Assembly (NCBI GenBank): GCA_017934595.1
Contig: JAGBJG010000009.1
Coordinates: 839 to 64,838 of the forward strand
Direction of reading: 5' to 3'
DNA: 64,000 nt
Source: Bacilli bacterium
GTDB taxonomy: Bacteria > Bacillota_I > Bacilli_A > RF39 > UBA660
Under the pieces are notes generated by a model, which worked only from the letters and a program-made list of their open reading frames with translations, had not been told where the DNA came from and ran no database searches. Shown here piece by piece: positions 38,363 to 48,880 of the stretch. Both the position numbers and the translations under genes were made by a program. The stretch's first letter is position 1; every line of letters begins with the position of its first letter.

Positions 38363-38619
38363 TGGAAAAGAAAATTCCTATGCGTTCATGCGTAGTTACA
38401 AGAGAAAAATTACCTAAAAAAGAACTTATAAGAGTTGTTAGAACAGTAGATGGTACTGTAGTAGTAGATGAAACAGGCCGTGTTAATGGTAGGGGTGCTT
38501 ATCTAAAAAAAGATGAAGCAACTTTTGCTAAAGCAAAGCAATCTAAAATATTAGATAGAGTATTAGAAGTATCTGTACCTGATAGTATTTTTGATGATTT
38601 AATGAATACAATTAAATAA
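38362..38619 (+). CDS. ylxR: YlxR/DUF448 RNA-binding protein
   Basis: It has the PMRSCVVTREKLPKKELIRVV and GRGAYL motifs and lies between nusA and infB. Confidence 0.9.
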   Translation: MEKKIPMRSCVVTREKLPKKELIRVVRTVDGTVVVDETGRVNGRGAYLKKDEATFAKAKQSKILDRVLEVSVPDSIFDDLMNTIK

Positions 38620-38637
38620 TTATAGGAGGTGTATATT

Positions 38638-40719
38638 ATGATGACAGTCGCTGAATACGCAACTGATGTCAATAGAACTGTTGAAAACATCCTAAAAATG
38701 TGTAGTGAATTAAATATTAATGTCACATCTGAAGATGATTTATTAGATGATGAAGCTATTACAATATTAGATAACAGTTTAGATGACTATGAAGATGAAA
38801 TAATTGAATCTACTAATATTAAAGTAGAGGAAACATTTACAAATACACAAAAATTAAAGAAAAAATCAGATGTTGTTAATGCTAAAAAAGTTAATAATAT
38901 AGCTGATTTAAAGAAAAAGAAAAAAGATATGTATAAGAATAAAGAAAAATTACAAAGCAATACAGCTAGTAATGATAGTAATGTAGTCTTATACAGAGAA
39001 AATATGTCAATTGGTGAATTAGCTAAAGCCTTAAATGTTAATAGTGGTGAAGTAATTAAAAAACTATTTGATTTAGGTATGATGGTTAATATTAATAGTC
39101 CAATTAGTTATGAAAATGCACAAATTTTAGTTTTAGATTATAATAAAGAATTAAAAAAAGAAGAAGCTGCTGACGTAACTAACTTTGAGGAATTTGAAGT
39201 TAATGATGATCCAAAAGATTTAGTTAAACGTCCTCCAGTAGTTACAATTATGGGGCACGTTGATCATGGTAAAACAACTTTACTTGATACAATCAGAAAA
39301 ACTTCAGTAGCCGCAGGTGAAGCTGGTGGTATTACACAAGCTATATCAGCATACCAAGTTAAAGTTAATGATGATTTAATTACATTTATTGATACTCCAG
39401 GACATGCTGCATTTACTGAAATGAGAGCTCGTGGAGCTAAAATAACTGATATTGTAATTATAATTGTTGCTGCTGACGATGGTGTTATGCCTCAAACAGA
39501 AGAAGCAATTGATCATGCTAAAGCTGCAGGTGTACCAATCATTGTCGCAATTAATAAAATTGATAAACCAGATGCTAACCCAGAAAAAGTTATGACTGAA
39601 CTTACTAATTATGGATTAACACCTGAAGAATGGGGTGGGGATACAATTTTCTGCAAAATCTCTGCTAAATCAGGTGAAGGTATCCAAAATTTATTAGAAA
39701 ATATCGTATTAGTAGCTGATTTAAATGAATATAAAGCTAATCCTAATAGATATGCAATGGGTACAGTAGTAGAATCTAGATTAGATAAACATTTAGGACC
39801 AGTAGTAACTGTATTAGTACAAAATGGTACATTAAGATTAGGTGATCCTATCGTAGTAGGTACATCTTATGGTAAGATTAGAACATTAAGAAATGATTTA
39901 GGTAATGAAGTTACAAGTGCATTACCATCTACTCCGGTAGAAATTACAGGATTAAATGATGTTCCATCTGCTGGTGATAAATTCTTTGCTTATGAAACTG
40001 AAAAAGAAGCAAGAAGTATTGGTGAAACAAGAAGAACACAACTTAAACAAAAAGAATTAAGATCAACACAAGCATTATCATTAGATGAATTATTTAATAG
40101 AATTAATGAAGGTTTAAAAGAAATTAATGTTATTATTAAGACTGATGTTAACGGTTCAGCAGAAGCTGTTAAAAATTCATTAGAAAAACTTGATGTTGAA
40201 GGCGTTAAGGTAAAAGTAATAAGAAGTAGTGTAGGAGCTATTAAAGAATCTGATATCGTACTTGCTAAAGCTTCTAATGCCATCGTTATAGGATTTAATG
40301 TAAGACCTACTAATGATATAAGAGATTATGCTAAAGAACAAGGTGTAGAAATAAGGCTTTATGACATTATTTATAAAGTTGTTGAAGATATGGAAGCTGC
40401 TATGCGTGGTATGTTAGATCCTGAATATGTTGAAGAAATATTAGGTTCAGCAGAAGTAAGACAATTATTTAAATTCTCTAAAGTTGGTACTATAGCTGGT
40501 TCATACGTAGTTGATGGTTTAATTAAGTCAAACGCTAAGGCTAGAGTTATTAGAGATGGTGTAGTTGTATATGATGGTAATATTGGTTCCCTACAAAGAG
40601 AAAAAGATTCTGTTAAAGAAGTTAAAAAAGGTTTGGAATGTGGTATTACTATTGAAAATTATAATGATATCAAAGAAAGAGATATTATTGAAGCATATGA
40701 AATGGTTATTAAAAAATAA
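38638..40719 (+). CDS. infB: Translation initiation factor IF-2
   Basis: It has the G domain motifs [17 protein letters not shown] and NKID. The start was set at ATG 38638, 8 nt after AGGAGG. Confidence 0.95.
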   Translation: MMTVAEYATDVNRTVENILKMCSELNINVTSEDDLLDDEAITILDNSLDDYEDEIIESTNIKVEETFTNTQKLKKKSDVVNAKKVNNIADLKKKKKDMYKNKEKLQSNTASNDSNVVLYRENMSIGELAKALNVNSGEVIKKLFDLGMMVNINSPISYENAQILVLDYNKELKKEEAADVTNFEEFEVNDDPKDLVKRPPVVTIMGHVDHGKTTLLDTIRKTSVAAGEAGGITQAISAYQVKVNDDLITFIDTPGHAAFTEMRARGAKITDIVIIIVAADDGVMPQTEEAIDHAKAAGVPIIVAINKIDKPDANPEKVMTELTNYGLTPEEWGGDTIFCKISAKSGEGIQNLLENIVLVADLNEYKANPNRYAMGTVVESRLDKHLGPVVTVLVQNGTLRLGDPIVVGTSYGKIRTLRNDLGNEVTSALPSTPVEITGLNDVPSAGDKFFAYETEKEARSIGETRRTQLKQKELRSTQALSLDELFNRINEGLKEINVIIKTDVNGSAEAVKNSLEKLDVEGVKVKVIRSSVGAIKESDIVLAKASNAIVIGFNVRPTNDIRDYAKEQGVEIRLYDIIYKVVEDMEAAMRGMLDPEYVEEILGSAEVRQLFKFSKVGTIAGSYVVDGLIKSNAKARVIRDGVVVYDGNIGSLQREKDSVKEVKKGLECGITIENYNDIKERDIIEAYEMVIKK

Positions 40720-40768
40720 CCATTTTATTTTGTATTTAAACATGTTATAATAACGTTAGGTGATGTAT

Positions 40769-41407
40769 ATGCGCGATAAAGTATTAGATTTAATTAAATC
40801 AAAGGATATGTCTATTCCAAGATTATTATTATTTAATTATAAAAGTCTAAATATTACAGAAGAAGAATTAGTAGTATTAATTTATTTACTAAATACTACT
40901 AGTGATTTATATAATCCAAAAGATATAAGTGATGATTTAAAATTTGAATTGGTTAATGTATTAACTATCGTAAGTGGCTTAACTGAAAAAGGTATCATTA
41001 ATATCAATATGGAAACAAGAGGCAGTAAAAGTTCTGAGGTAATAGATCTAGGACCTTTATTTAATAAATTAACCACATTAGTCGTTAATGAAGAAAAGAC
41101 TAAAGATACAACTATTTTTACAGCAATAGAAAATGAATTCGCGCGTGCTTTAACACCAATAGAATATGATTTAATCAATGCTTGGTTAGATAATGGTTAT
41201 ACTGAAGAATTAATCAATGAAGCATTAAAAGAAGCTATATATAACAATGTAACAAGCCTAAAATATATTGATAAGATATTAGAAGCTTGGAATAAAAAAG
41301 GTATCAAAACTAAAGAAGATGTTGTAGCTGATAAAAAGAAATTTAAAGAAAGAAAGCAAGTTAAAAGTGATCCTTTCTACTATGATTGGTTAAATGATGA
41401 AGAATAA
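40769..41407 (+). CDS. dnaD: DnaD-domain replication initiation/membrane attachment protein
   Basis: It has an N-terminal wHTH (LNITEEELVVLIYLLN) and a DnaD/DnaB_2 C-terminal domain (LTPIEYDLINAWLD...YIDKILEAWNKKGI). It is adjacent to nth, as in Bacillus. Confidence 0.85.
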   Translation: MRDKVLDLIKSKDMSIPRLLLFNYKSLNITEEELVVLIYLLNTTSDLYNPKDISDDLKFELVNVLTIVSGLTEKGIININMETRGSKSSEVIDLGPLFNKLTTLVVNEEKTKDTTIFTAIENEFARALTPIEYDLINAWLDNGYTEELINEALKEAIYNNVTSLKYIDKILEAWNKKGIKTKEDVVADKKKFKERKQVKSDPFYYDWLNDEE

Positions 41408-42005
41408 TATAATTAATTATCTAGATGAGGTAATACCAAATCCTAAATGTGAATTAAATTATCATACTGATTATGAACTTTTAATCGCGACAATGTTAAG
41501 TGCTCAAACAACTGATAAGATGGTCAATAAAGTAACTTCTATATTATTTAATAAATATCCTAATATTGATGCTTTATCTAAAGCTGATATAGCTGATATA
41601 AAGGAAATAATTAGACCATTAGGTAATTATAATAAAAAAGCTTTAAATATCGTTGGTATAGCCACTTCATTGATTGGATATGATATTATTCCAAAAGATA
41701 GAACTTTTATAGAAAGTTTACCAGGAGTAGGAAGAAAAACAGCTAATGTCTTTTTAGCTAATATATATGATGAACCTGTTATGGCAGTTGATACACATAT
41801 AGAAAGAGTTAGTAAAAGATTAGGGATAGCTAAAACTAATGATTCAGTAAGAATAGTTGAAGATAAATTAACTAAATATTTTAAAGGATATAATATAAAT
41901 AGATTACATCATCAATTACTATTATTTGGTAGATATCATTGCAAGGCAGTTAATCCTTTATGTGAAAATTGCAAATTGAAAGATATATGTAAACACTATC
42001 ACTAG
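41394..42005 (+). CDS. nth: Endonuclease III
   Basis: It has the HhH-GPD motif (LPGVGRKTANVFL, VDTHIERV) and the C-terminal 4Fe-4S Cys cluster. Confidence 0.95.
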   Translation: MMKNNIINYLDEVIPNPKCELNYHTDYELLIATMLSAQTTDKMVNKVTSILFNKYPNIDALSKADIADIKEIIRPLGNYNKKALNIVGIATSLIGYDIIPKDRTFIESLPGVGRKTANVFLANIYDEPVMAVDTHIERVSKRLGIAKTNDSVRIVEDKLTKYFKGYNINRLHHQLLLFGRYHCKAVNPLCENCKLKDICKHYH

Positions 42006-42014
42006 TGTTTTAAT

Positions 42015-42043
42015 TTGACTTTATTAGGTTAAAATGCTAATAT
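42015..42043 (+). promoter_or_regulatory. Promoter of paralog A (copy 1 of a duplicated intergenic block)
   Basis: TTGACT, 17 nt spacer, TAATAT. The surrounding ~45 nt are repeated at 42790-42835. Confidence 0.6.
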
Positions 42044-42066
42044 ATATGCCTAAAGAAGGGGATTTT

Positions 42067-42786
42067 ATGTTAGACTATGATATATATAATTTATTGTTAA
42101 AGGACACTCATTTTTATAATTCGCATGCTAGCTATACAAATTTATTAAGAAAACATGGTATTGATACAGTAGGTAAGTTATTAGATAACTACACTATAAC
42201 TCGTACTACTAGTGGTAATTCGAAACAACAATTAGAAGTATTAATATCTTTATATAAATATCAATATTTGGGTAAGCCTTTAGGAAAAGATAGAATGTTA
42301 AAAAGAAGAATTATAAAATTAGCTTTAGAGCCTGGTGGATACATGATTTATGTAGGAGACAACAATTATAAACATTATTGCTATAATCTTGAGGATTATT
42401 TGGAAAAATTACTTGGGGTCCCTAAGGGAAGTCTATATGGCATTTGTAAAAAAATAATAAATGATAAAATAGTATTAGACGAAATGATTCAAAGCAAAGA
42501 CTTTAAAGTGCATGATTTGCTTAAATTAATTATTACTTATAAAGATGAATATAGAGGTAAATCAGGTGTAGCTATTAAAAATATTATCTTGGCGTATATA
42601 GAGTCATATGGTGGTAATATTAAAAATATGAACATGAATATGAGTATTAATGCTAAGGATATATTGAAAGGTGAAATAATTAATTTAATAAAGTTAAAGG
42701 ATGCTATCGAAATAAAAACTATAACTTTACAAAGAGAATTAGACAAATTGATTCAAGAAGAAAATAATGAGCAAAAAAGGCACTAG
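42067..42786 (+). CDS. Hypothetical protein, paralog A (N-terminal helix-hairpin-helix resembling the RpoA alpha-CTD)
   Basis: The start was moved to the ATG at 42067, behind GAAGGGGA. LLLKDTHFYNSHASYTNLLRKHGIDTVGKLLDN aligns with the paralog B N-terminus. Confidence 0.5.
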   Translation: MLDYDIYNLLLKDTHFYNSHASYTNLLRKHGIDTVGKLLDNYTITRTTSGNSKQQLEVLISLYKYQYLGKPLGKDRMLKRRIIKLALEPGGYMIYVGDNNYKHYCYNLEDYLEKLLGVPKGSLYGICKKIINDKIVLDEMIQSKDFKVHDLLKLIITYKDEYRGKSGVAIKNIILAYIESYGGNIKNMNMNMSINAKDILKGEIINLIKLKDAIEIKTITLQRELDKLIQEENNEQKRH

Positions 42787-42803
42787 AAAACTAGTGCTTT
42801 TAA

Positions 42804-42832
42804 TTTGACTTTATATGTTAAAAATGTTAATA
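42804..42832 (+). promoter_or_regulatory. Promoter of paralog B (copy 2)
   Basis: TTGACT, 17 nt spacer, TAATAT, preceded by the terminator hairpin CACTAG-AAAA-CTAGTG followed by a T-run. Confidence 0.6.
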
Positions 42833-42858
42833 TATTCTAGTCGAAAAGGGGGATCATC

Positions 42859-43542
42859 ATGAGAAAACAAAACATAGATGAAATATTACTTAATGAAACA
42901 GAATTTTATGATTATAAAGCACCACATATTATTTTATTAAATAAGCATAACATTACTACAGTAGGTGAATTATTAAATGAAGAATTAATGAGACCTGTAT
43001 ATAAGAATGTTAAAATGGATACAAGAAGATTATTAAACAATTTTATAAAGGTTGTAAGATATAAATATCTTGGTGAAAAGCTACCATGGTCTGAATTATT
43101 AGATGAAAAATTATATATAAGGCCAGAATTATTTTTAGATTTCTATTTAAATAATGATGAGAAAAAACGTTTTAGTCTTTTTGGATTTTTAAATATGAAT
43201 GCTGCTGATGAAAGAAGAATTTTAGAAGCGCTTAATAAAGATTTATGTTTCAAAAATGAAATTGCATATGGTGATGTTAGAGTAATTGATTTACTAAAAA
43301 AGATATCATTGGCGTATATAGATGTAATTCCACAGTATAAAGATTTAATTAGAGCATATATGGCTTTATATAGAAATAGAAAGTCTAGATTAAAGTTAGA
43401 TGTAGACGCCACAATAGTAAAAAGATTAGAATCAACTAATATAGTTTTAGTAGATTCTAAAGTTAATTCAGATGCATTAGAATATAAACCTGTGGAAAAT
43501 AATAAAACTTATAAGAAAAGAAAAAATACTAGTTTGAACTAG
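42859..43542 (+). CDS. Hypothetical protein, paralog B
   Basis: ILLNETEFYDYKAPHIILLNKHNITTVGELLNE, VRYKYLGEKL, RVIDLLKKI and SLAYIDV match corresponding segments of paralog A. Confidence 0.5.
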   Translation: MRKQNIDEILLNETEFYDYKAPHIILLNKHNITTVGELLNEELMRPVYKNVKMDTRRLLNNFIKVVRYKYLGEKLPWSELLDEKLYIRPELFLDFYLNNDEKKRFSLFGFLNMNAADERRILEALNKDLCFKNEIAYGDVRVIDLLKKISLAYIDVIPQYKDLIRAYMALYRNRKSRLKLDVDATIVKRLESTNIVLVDSKVNSDALEYKPVENNKTYKKRKNTSLN

Positions 43543-46357
43543 TATTTTCTTTTACTGTAATATTAATTGTGAATGTATCAACTTCATCTCCATCATATAA
43601 TACTTTAACTGAAAGTTTATATGTATCACCAACTTTTTTAGTGTTATCTAATTTATAACTATAAGATACTTTAGAAGCTGCGGCAGGTAATCCATTTACT
43701 GTTACAGTAGCAATTTTAGATTCGTTTGCTAGCTTTGTATCAGTTGGTTTAACATCTGCATCCTTAATACCTTGTGTAGCAACTATTAAATCTTTAGCTT
43801 GTACACCAGATGCTTTTACTGAAGTACCATCACTCATATTATCTTTAAATTTAGTATAAGCTGTTTTAACTATATATGTAGGATTAGTTGAATATGCTTC
43901 TACAACGGCTTCATTTGAATCGGTTGTTTTAAGCAGTGTTAATTTATCACCAATTTTTTCATATACGTTATAAACGATTGTACCAAGTCTGTTTAAGTTT
44001 TCATTATATCTATCAGAAGAAGCTTTAGATGCCCAGTCTGCATTCTTATAAGCATTACCCATATAAGCTTTGATATAATCAATATCTATTGCATGTGGAG
44101 TTTTAATTTTATCCCATGTAAGAGTTACTTTGCCACCATTAACTTTTGCTTTTAGATTTGTTACATCATCTAATTTAGCAAATCTATCAGATACTGTTGA
44201 TGGTTCATAACCTTTCTTATAGTATTCAGACATACGCATATCAGCTGGAGTAAATTCACTTGGTAAACATGCTTCTAAACATCCTATTTCAGTTTCAACA
44301 GATACAACACCATCTGGTTTAGGGAAATCGGATTGTTCTGTAAATACACCTTTGGCTACGTTAGCAAATATTCTATAATTTTCACCACTAGCAAATACGT
44401 TATGACCATCTTTTAATGAATCGTATCCATACCATGTAGCGATTGTAAATTTATCTGTATAACCAACAGCCCATAGATCAGCAACAGCATTGCTACCTAA
44501 GCCCCAGTATTTTAAGTCTTCTTGAGATAAGTTTGTAGTACCTGATTTACCAGCGTATGTAACACCGTTTACATAGTATCCAGAGAAACCTGTACCTCTA
44601 GCAACTGAAATTAATACGTTTGTAATCATCCAGGCTGTTTCTTCACTCATTACTTTCTTCATTTCATATTTATATTCAAATGGTTCAGAACCATCATTAA
44701 ATTCAATCTTAGTAATTGAATATGGTTCAATATAATAACCTCTTGTAGCAAATGCATTATATGCACCGGCTAATGTTAATGGAGATTCACCATTATATCC
44801 ACCAGTTGAATGCGCTTCATGGATTATACCGTCTTCAAGTTCTGGATGTAATCCTAAGTTGTTAATCCATTCAACTCTTGTTTTACTATCTATAGCTTGG
44901 AATGCTTTTAATGCTGGAATATTTCTAGATTCAACTAACGCTGTACGTAATGTAACGAATCCTTCATATTTATAATCCCAGTTATTAATGTAGTCACCAC
45001 CAGTATAATGCCATGGTTCATCTACAAATATTTGACCAGTACTCCAGTTTAATTTTTCAATACCAATTGCGTAATCGTATAGAGGTTTAGCTGTAGAACC
45101 AATTTGTCTTGAAATACCATATTGATTAACTACACCATCACTCCATAGAGCTCTGTTAACACCTCTTTGAACTCTGTTACGTCCACCGCCAACAGCTGCA
45201 ACAGAACCATCAGTAGCACTTAATACTGCTACACCTGCTTGAACTTTATCATCTTCCCAAACATAACCTTCATAATTGCCGTTCATTAAGTTTGCAACGT
45301 GTTCTTGTTTAGCTCTATCCATCTTAGTATATACTTTCATAGATACATTGTATGGATTTTTACCAGTTTTACTAATAATTTCTTCAGTAACCATATCTAC
45401 ATAATCTTGATATAAGTTAACTGCAGCTTCTTTTTGTGGCTTAACAATTTTATCAACTGTTAATTGCATTGCTATATTATATTCTTCTTCAGTTATATAA
45501 CTATGTCTTTTCATTAGATATAATACTGTTTCTCTTCGTTGTTCACAATAATCTGGATGTATATATGGATCGTAATAGTTAGGAGCATTAAATATACCAG
45601 CTATCATAGCAGCTTCAGCAATATTTAAATCTGTAACACTTTTACCAAAGTAAGTTTGTGATGCATCTTCAACACCATTAGTACCAGCACCCATATAGTT
45701 TGAGTTAACATAAAATTCAATTATTTCTTCTTTAGTATAAGCTTTTTCAATTTTGAAAATTGCCATATAGATATCAGTGAATTTTCTTTTGATACCACCA
45801 AGCTTAGTTTCTTCTTCAGAACCCTTTAATGTGATTTTGTTTTTAGAAAGTTGCATAGTAAGTGTTGAAGCACCACCAGCATCTTTTCCTAAAGCTTGAC
45901 CAAAAGATGCTTTTAAGAATCTTGGTAAATCAAATCCATTATGTTGGAAGAATCTAGAATCTTCAGTAGCTATAATAGCATCAACTAAAGTTTCAGGTAA
46001 TTGATCATAAGTAACAATACTTCTAATCTTTTCACCTAATCTAGCGTACTCTTTTCCATCTTTATCATAATAAATTGATGGTTCCGCATCATAAAGTTCA
46101 TTAGGATTAAACTCAGGAGCATTTTTAACAATATATCCTAAAAATAACCCAGCTGTAGTTAAACCTATGATACAGCAAATCAAGAAGACTAATAAAACAA
46201 TTTTTAATGTTTTACGTTTTCTGACTGCTTTTTCAGCTTCTGTTCTAGCAACTTTTTTCTTTTTAGGTAAATTGATTTTTGGTAATTTAATTTTACCTGT
46301 TTTTTTAATCTGCGTTTTTGGTTTTGATTCTTTAACCTTTGATTTAATTTTTTTCAT
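43529..46357 (-). CDS. ponA: Bifunctional class A penicillin-binding protein (PBP1A) with an extended C-terminal beta-rich region
   Basis: It has glycosyltransferase motifs (EDSRFFQHNGFD, GASTLTMQ) and transpeptidase motifs (STAKP, SRN, KSGTT). It is downstream of recU, as in Bacillus. The start was set at ATG 46357, behind GGAGGT. Confidence 0.95.
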   Translation of the reverse strand: MKKIKSKVKESKPKTQIKKTGKIKLPKINLPKKKKVARTEAEKAVRKRKTLKIVLLVFLICCIIGLTTAGLFLGYIVKNAPEFNPNELYDAEPSIYYDKDGKEYARLGEKIRSIVTYDQLPETLVDAIIATEDSRFFQHNGFDLPRFLKASFGQALGKDAGGASTLTMQLSKNKITLKGSEEETKLGGIKRKFTDIYMAIFKIEKAYTKEEIIEFYVNSNYMGAGTNGVEDASQTYFGKSVTDLNIAEAAMIAGIFNAPNYYDPYIHPDYCEQRRETVLYLMKRHSYITEEEYNIAMQLTVDKIVKPQKEAAVNLYQDYVDMVTEEIISKTGKNPYNVSMKVYTKMDRAKQEHVANLMNGNYEGYVWEDDKVQAGVAVLSATDGSVAAVGGGRNRVQRGVNRALWSDGVVNQYGISRQIGSTAKPLYDYAIGIEKLNWSTGQIFVDEPWHYTGGDYINNWDYKYEGFVTLRTALVESRNIPALKAFQAIDSKTRVEWINNLGLHPELEDGIIHEAHSTGGYNGESPLTLAGAYNAFATRGYYIEPYSITKIEFNDGSEPFEYKYEMKKVMSEETAWMITNVLISVARGTGFSGYYVNGVTYAGKSGTTNLSQEDLKYWGLGSNAVADLWAVGYTDKFTIATWYGYDSLKDGHNVFASGENYRIFANVAKGVFTEQSDFPKPDGVVSVETEIGCLEACLPSEFTPADMRMSEYYKKGYEPSTVSDRFAKLDDVTNLKAKVNGGKVTLTWDKIKTPHAIDIDYIKAYMGNAYKNADWASKASSDRYNENLNRLGTIVYNVYEKIGDKLTLLKTTDSNEAVVEAYSTNPTYIVKTAYTKFKDNMSDGTSVKASGVQAKDLIVATQGIKDADVKPTDTKLANESKIATVTVNGLPAAASKVSYSYKLDNTKKVGDTYKLSVKVLYDGDEVDTFTINITVKENTSSN

Positions 46358-46913
46358 ATATACCTCCATATTTATCTATAATTTCTAAATAATTTAATCT
46401 CGGTGCGTATTTAACATTTATAATATGACCTTTTTCTTTAAAATAATTATATGGTATAGATTTTCTATCATTATTTTTTAAATATTCGTTTAAATCTTTA
46501 ATAAATAATAAATATGTTTCATTTAATAAAGTGAATCTAACAATTATAAATCCTATACCACCATGTTTACTGATTTTATTTAAATGTATAATTTGGTGTT
46601 CATGAATATTTGAAAGTGGAAAACTAGTTTTGTTTTTAGTTTCTTTTGCTTCAAAATCAATATATTTTCCTTTGTATACACCGTTATAATCAGTAGTTGA
46701 TGGTGTTTTAAAATATGCTTCTTTAATTACGGCCTTATGTGGACCAGGATATTCAGCTTTATGTATAGTAACTGAAGTGGGTTTTTTATATATAACCGCG
46801 ATATCATTATCTAAATAATACTTATTAGTATCATTGATATCGTTTTCTAAATCCATTCCTCGATTACTATAAGTTGATATATTCTTGATAGAAGATATTC
46901 TCAAATTAATCAC
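46344..46913 (-). CDS. recU: Holliday junction resolvase RecU
   Basis: It has RGMDLENDIN and DYNGVYKGKYIDFEAKET. It overlaps the ponA start. Confidence 0.9.
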   Translation of the reverse strand: MINLRISSIKNISTYSNRGMDLENDINDTNKYYLDNDIAVIYKKPTSVTIHKAEYPGPHKAVIKEAYFKTPSTTDYNGVYKGKYIDFEAKETKNKTSFPLSNIHEHQIIHLNKISKHGGIGFIIVRFTLLNETYLLFIKDLNEYLKNNDRKSIPYNYFKEKGHIINVKYAPRLNYLEIIDKYGGIYEKN

Positions 46914-47033
46914 CTATATAATTATACTATAAAATTGATAATTTTTCTACTTTAAGAATGCTAAATATGACTAGTTTTGTCGAAAAGGCCAAAAAGAGTA
47001 ATAAAGGTGATATATTTACTCTAGGAGGATATA

Positions 47034-47149
47034 TGAAAACATATTATATTGATAGTATTTTTGATGAAATGATTAATGATATTAGATATATAGAATTAGT
47101 TGAAACTGTTTCAAAGATAGATGAAAAACTAAGTAATTTATTGCCATAA
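47034..47149 (+). CDS. Small hypothetical protein (38 aa from the RBS-supported start)
   Basis: AGGAGGA lies 5 nt before the ATG at 47034. The longer 46958 start has no RBS. Confidence 0.3.
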
Positions 47150-47195
47150 CATAATAAAAGGTATATAATATCTAAACGTGTAGGGGGAAATATCT

Positions 47196-47627
47196 ATGGA
47201 AGATATATTATACATTGAAACTAATAATTGGAATGGTAAAATATTACTTAAAGAAGATGGCTATTTTGAAGGTGTAGCTTTCAATGAAAAAAGTGACATA
47301 TCAACTGATTTAATAACCGGTATTTATGATAAAGGTATAGGAAAAATTTATTTTAAAACAGGTAAATCAAAAAATACATATGAATTAGATGATAAAAATT
47401 TAATTGATGGATATTATGTTACTATTAAAGATAAAGATGGAAGTTTTGAAGGAACATGTACTGATGAATTTAGTAGAGTAAGTTATTTATCATTATCATT
47501 AACCTTACATGAAATAGAAGATAAAGAATTTAGTAGTGAACTAGATGATCTAAAAATGCTTATTAATAGTATTAAGGATGAAGTTTATACAGAAGCACAT
47601 ATTTATAAATTAAGAAGGATTAAATAA
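47196..47627 (+). CDS. Hypothetical protein (143 aa)
   Basis: The ORF has RBS GGGGGAAA and a downstream terminator, AAGGTTGC-TATG-CAACCTTTTTT. No family was recognised. Confidence 0.5.
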   Translation: MEDILYIETNNWNGKILLKEDGYFEGVAFNEKSDISTDLITGIYDKGIGKIYFKTGKSKNTYELDDKNLIDGYYVTIKDKDGSFEGTCTDEFSRVSYLSLSLTLHEIEDKEFSSELDDLKMLINSIKDEVYTEAHIYKLRRIK

Positions 47628-47727
47628 GGTTGCTATGCAACTTTTTTAATTCCTGATTTTATTACCTATTGTATTGAAATGATTAATCCTTTATGATATA
47701 ATATTTGTGAATAAAAGAGGTGTTATT

Positions 47728-48051
47728 ATGTATCAAGGAAGAGTTGAATTAACAAGCAAAGATATTCTTGAAAAAGAATTTAGCATCGATACTAGAGGAT
47801 ATAGACCCCAAGAAGTAGATGGTTTCTTAGATCAAATCATTAAAGATTATAGAGCTATGACAGAAATTATCGATGAACTTATTGATGTAAAAAACAAACT
47901 TAATGATGAAAACTTATCATTAAAGGAAGAGATACGTAATTTAAATATGAAGATAGAAACATTAAAGAGTGCAGAAGGTGACAACAGTAGTAGTGCTGAT
48001 GTACTTAGAAGGTTATCTAATCTTGAAAAAATAATTTATGGTAAGGAATAA
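47728..48051 (+). CDS. gpsB: Cell-cycle protein GpsB (DivIVA-domain)
   Basis: LTSKDILEKEFSIDTRGYRPQEVDGFLDQIIKDY is followed by a coiled coil. Promoter TTGAAA-17-TATAAT is upstream, and rnpB follows directly, as in Bacillus. Confidence 0.9.
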   Translation: MYQGRVELTSKDILEKEFSIDTRGYRPQEVDGFLDQIIKDYRAMTEIIDELIDVKNKLNDENLSLKEEIRNLNMKIETLKSAEGDNSSSADVLRRLSNLEKIIYGKE

Positions 48052-48388
48052 AATATCTTAGGCAAACGCTGCAATTATTTGTAGAGGAAAGTCCATGCTT
48101 GCACTGTCTGCGATGACAGTAGTGATTGTGCTAAGGGAAAAAATAACCTTAGGTAGCTTATGCTAACGGCAAATAGCTAGTCTAAGTCATAGATATGATT
48201 AGTTACTAACGTGCCACAGAAACGAGCTTAGTGGAAACGCTAAGATGAAACGAGGTAAACCCCACAAGCAAGAAATCCAAATTTTGGTAGGAGAGCTTAG
48301 ATAAGGAACTGAACTGATTCTAGGACCTGTAAGGTAGATAAATGTTTGCCGCCCGTTAGGGTACAGAACATGGCTTATTAGATATTTT
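48050..48388 (+). ncRNA. rnpB: RNase P RNA (bacterial type B, compact)
   Basis: It has the universal motifs GAGGAAAGTCCATGC near the 5' end and ACAGAACATGGCTTA near the 3' end. P1 pairs AAAATATCT (48050-48058) with AGATATTTT (48380-48388). Confidence 0.9.
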
Positions 48389-48417
48389 ATTTTTTTATTC
48401 TAATGGAGGTGTCTATT

Positions 48418-48876
48418 TTGAAAGAAATAGGTGAAAAGTTAAAAAAAGCAAGAGAAGAAATCGGTATATCTTTAGATGAAGCTAGTACTGATTTAAAAAT
48501 AGAAAAAGATCAATTAAAAAATTTAGAAGAAGGTAAAACTGATACTTTTAAAGATATTATTAATGTTAAATATTTAATTAGAGATTATGCTAAATATTTA
48601 GGTTTAAATAAAGATGATTTGGTTGATGATTTCAATGAATATTTATTTGATTATACTTCTAAAATATCTTTAAATGATATCATGGAAGCTAAAAGTAAAA
48701 AAGAAGGTAAGGATACTAAGGTTAAATCTCCTTATACAACAATTAAAACTAAAAGTAAATTTAATATTGTATTAGTTATAGTATTATTAGTTATAATATC
48801 TGCTATAGCTACTATTACAATATACAGTATAAAAAATACTCATAAAGATAACATTATTTCATATGTAGGAAGGTGA
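48418..48876 (+). CDS. rodZ: RodZ-like cytoskeleton protein (XRE HTH plus a single TM)
   Basis: It has an HTH (IGEKLKKAREEIGISLDEASTDLKI) and the TM IVLVIVLLVIISAIATITIY. It lies upstream of pgsA, as for B. subtilis ymfM. A TTG start at 48418 lies behind GGAGGTG. Confidence 0.75.
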   Translation: MKEIGEKLKKAREEIGISLDEASTDLKIEKDQLKNLEEGKTDTFKDIINVKYLIRDYAKYLGLNKDDLVDDFNEYLFDYTSKISLNDIMEAKSKKEGKDTKVKSPYTTIKTKSKFNIVLVIVLLVIISAIATITIYSIKNTHKDNIISYVGR

Positions 48877-48880
48877 TAAT

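Noticed and set aside
37957-41178. Embedded ORFs 37957..38139, 38499..38726, 39990..40283, 40565..40750 and 40882..41178.
   Set aside because: All are antisense or out-of-frame within nusA, ylxR/infB, infB and dnaD. None has an RBS or recognisable content.
42537-43412. Minus-strand ORFs 42537..42746 and 43143..43412 lie inside the two paralogous genes.
   Set aside because: They are shadow ORFs. The plus-strand frames are supported by mutual similarity, RBSs and duplicated promoters.
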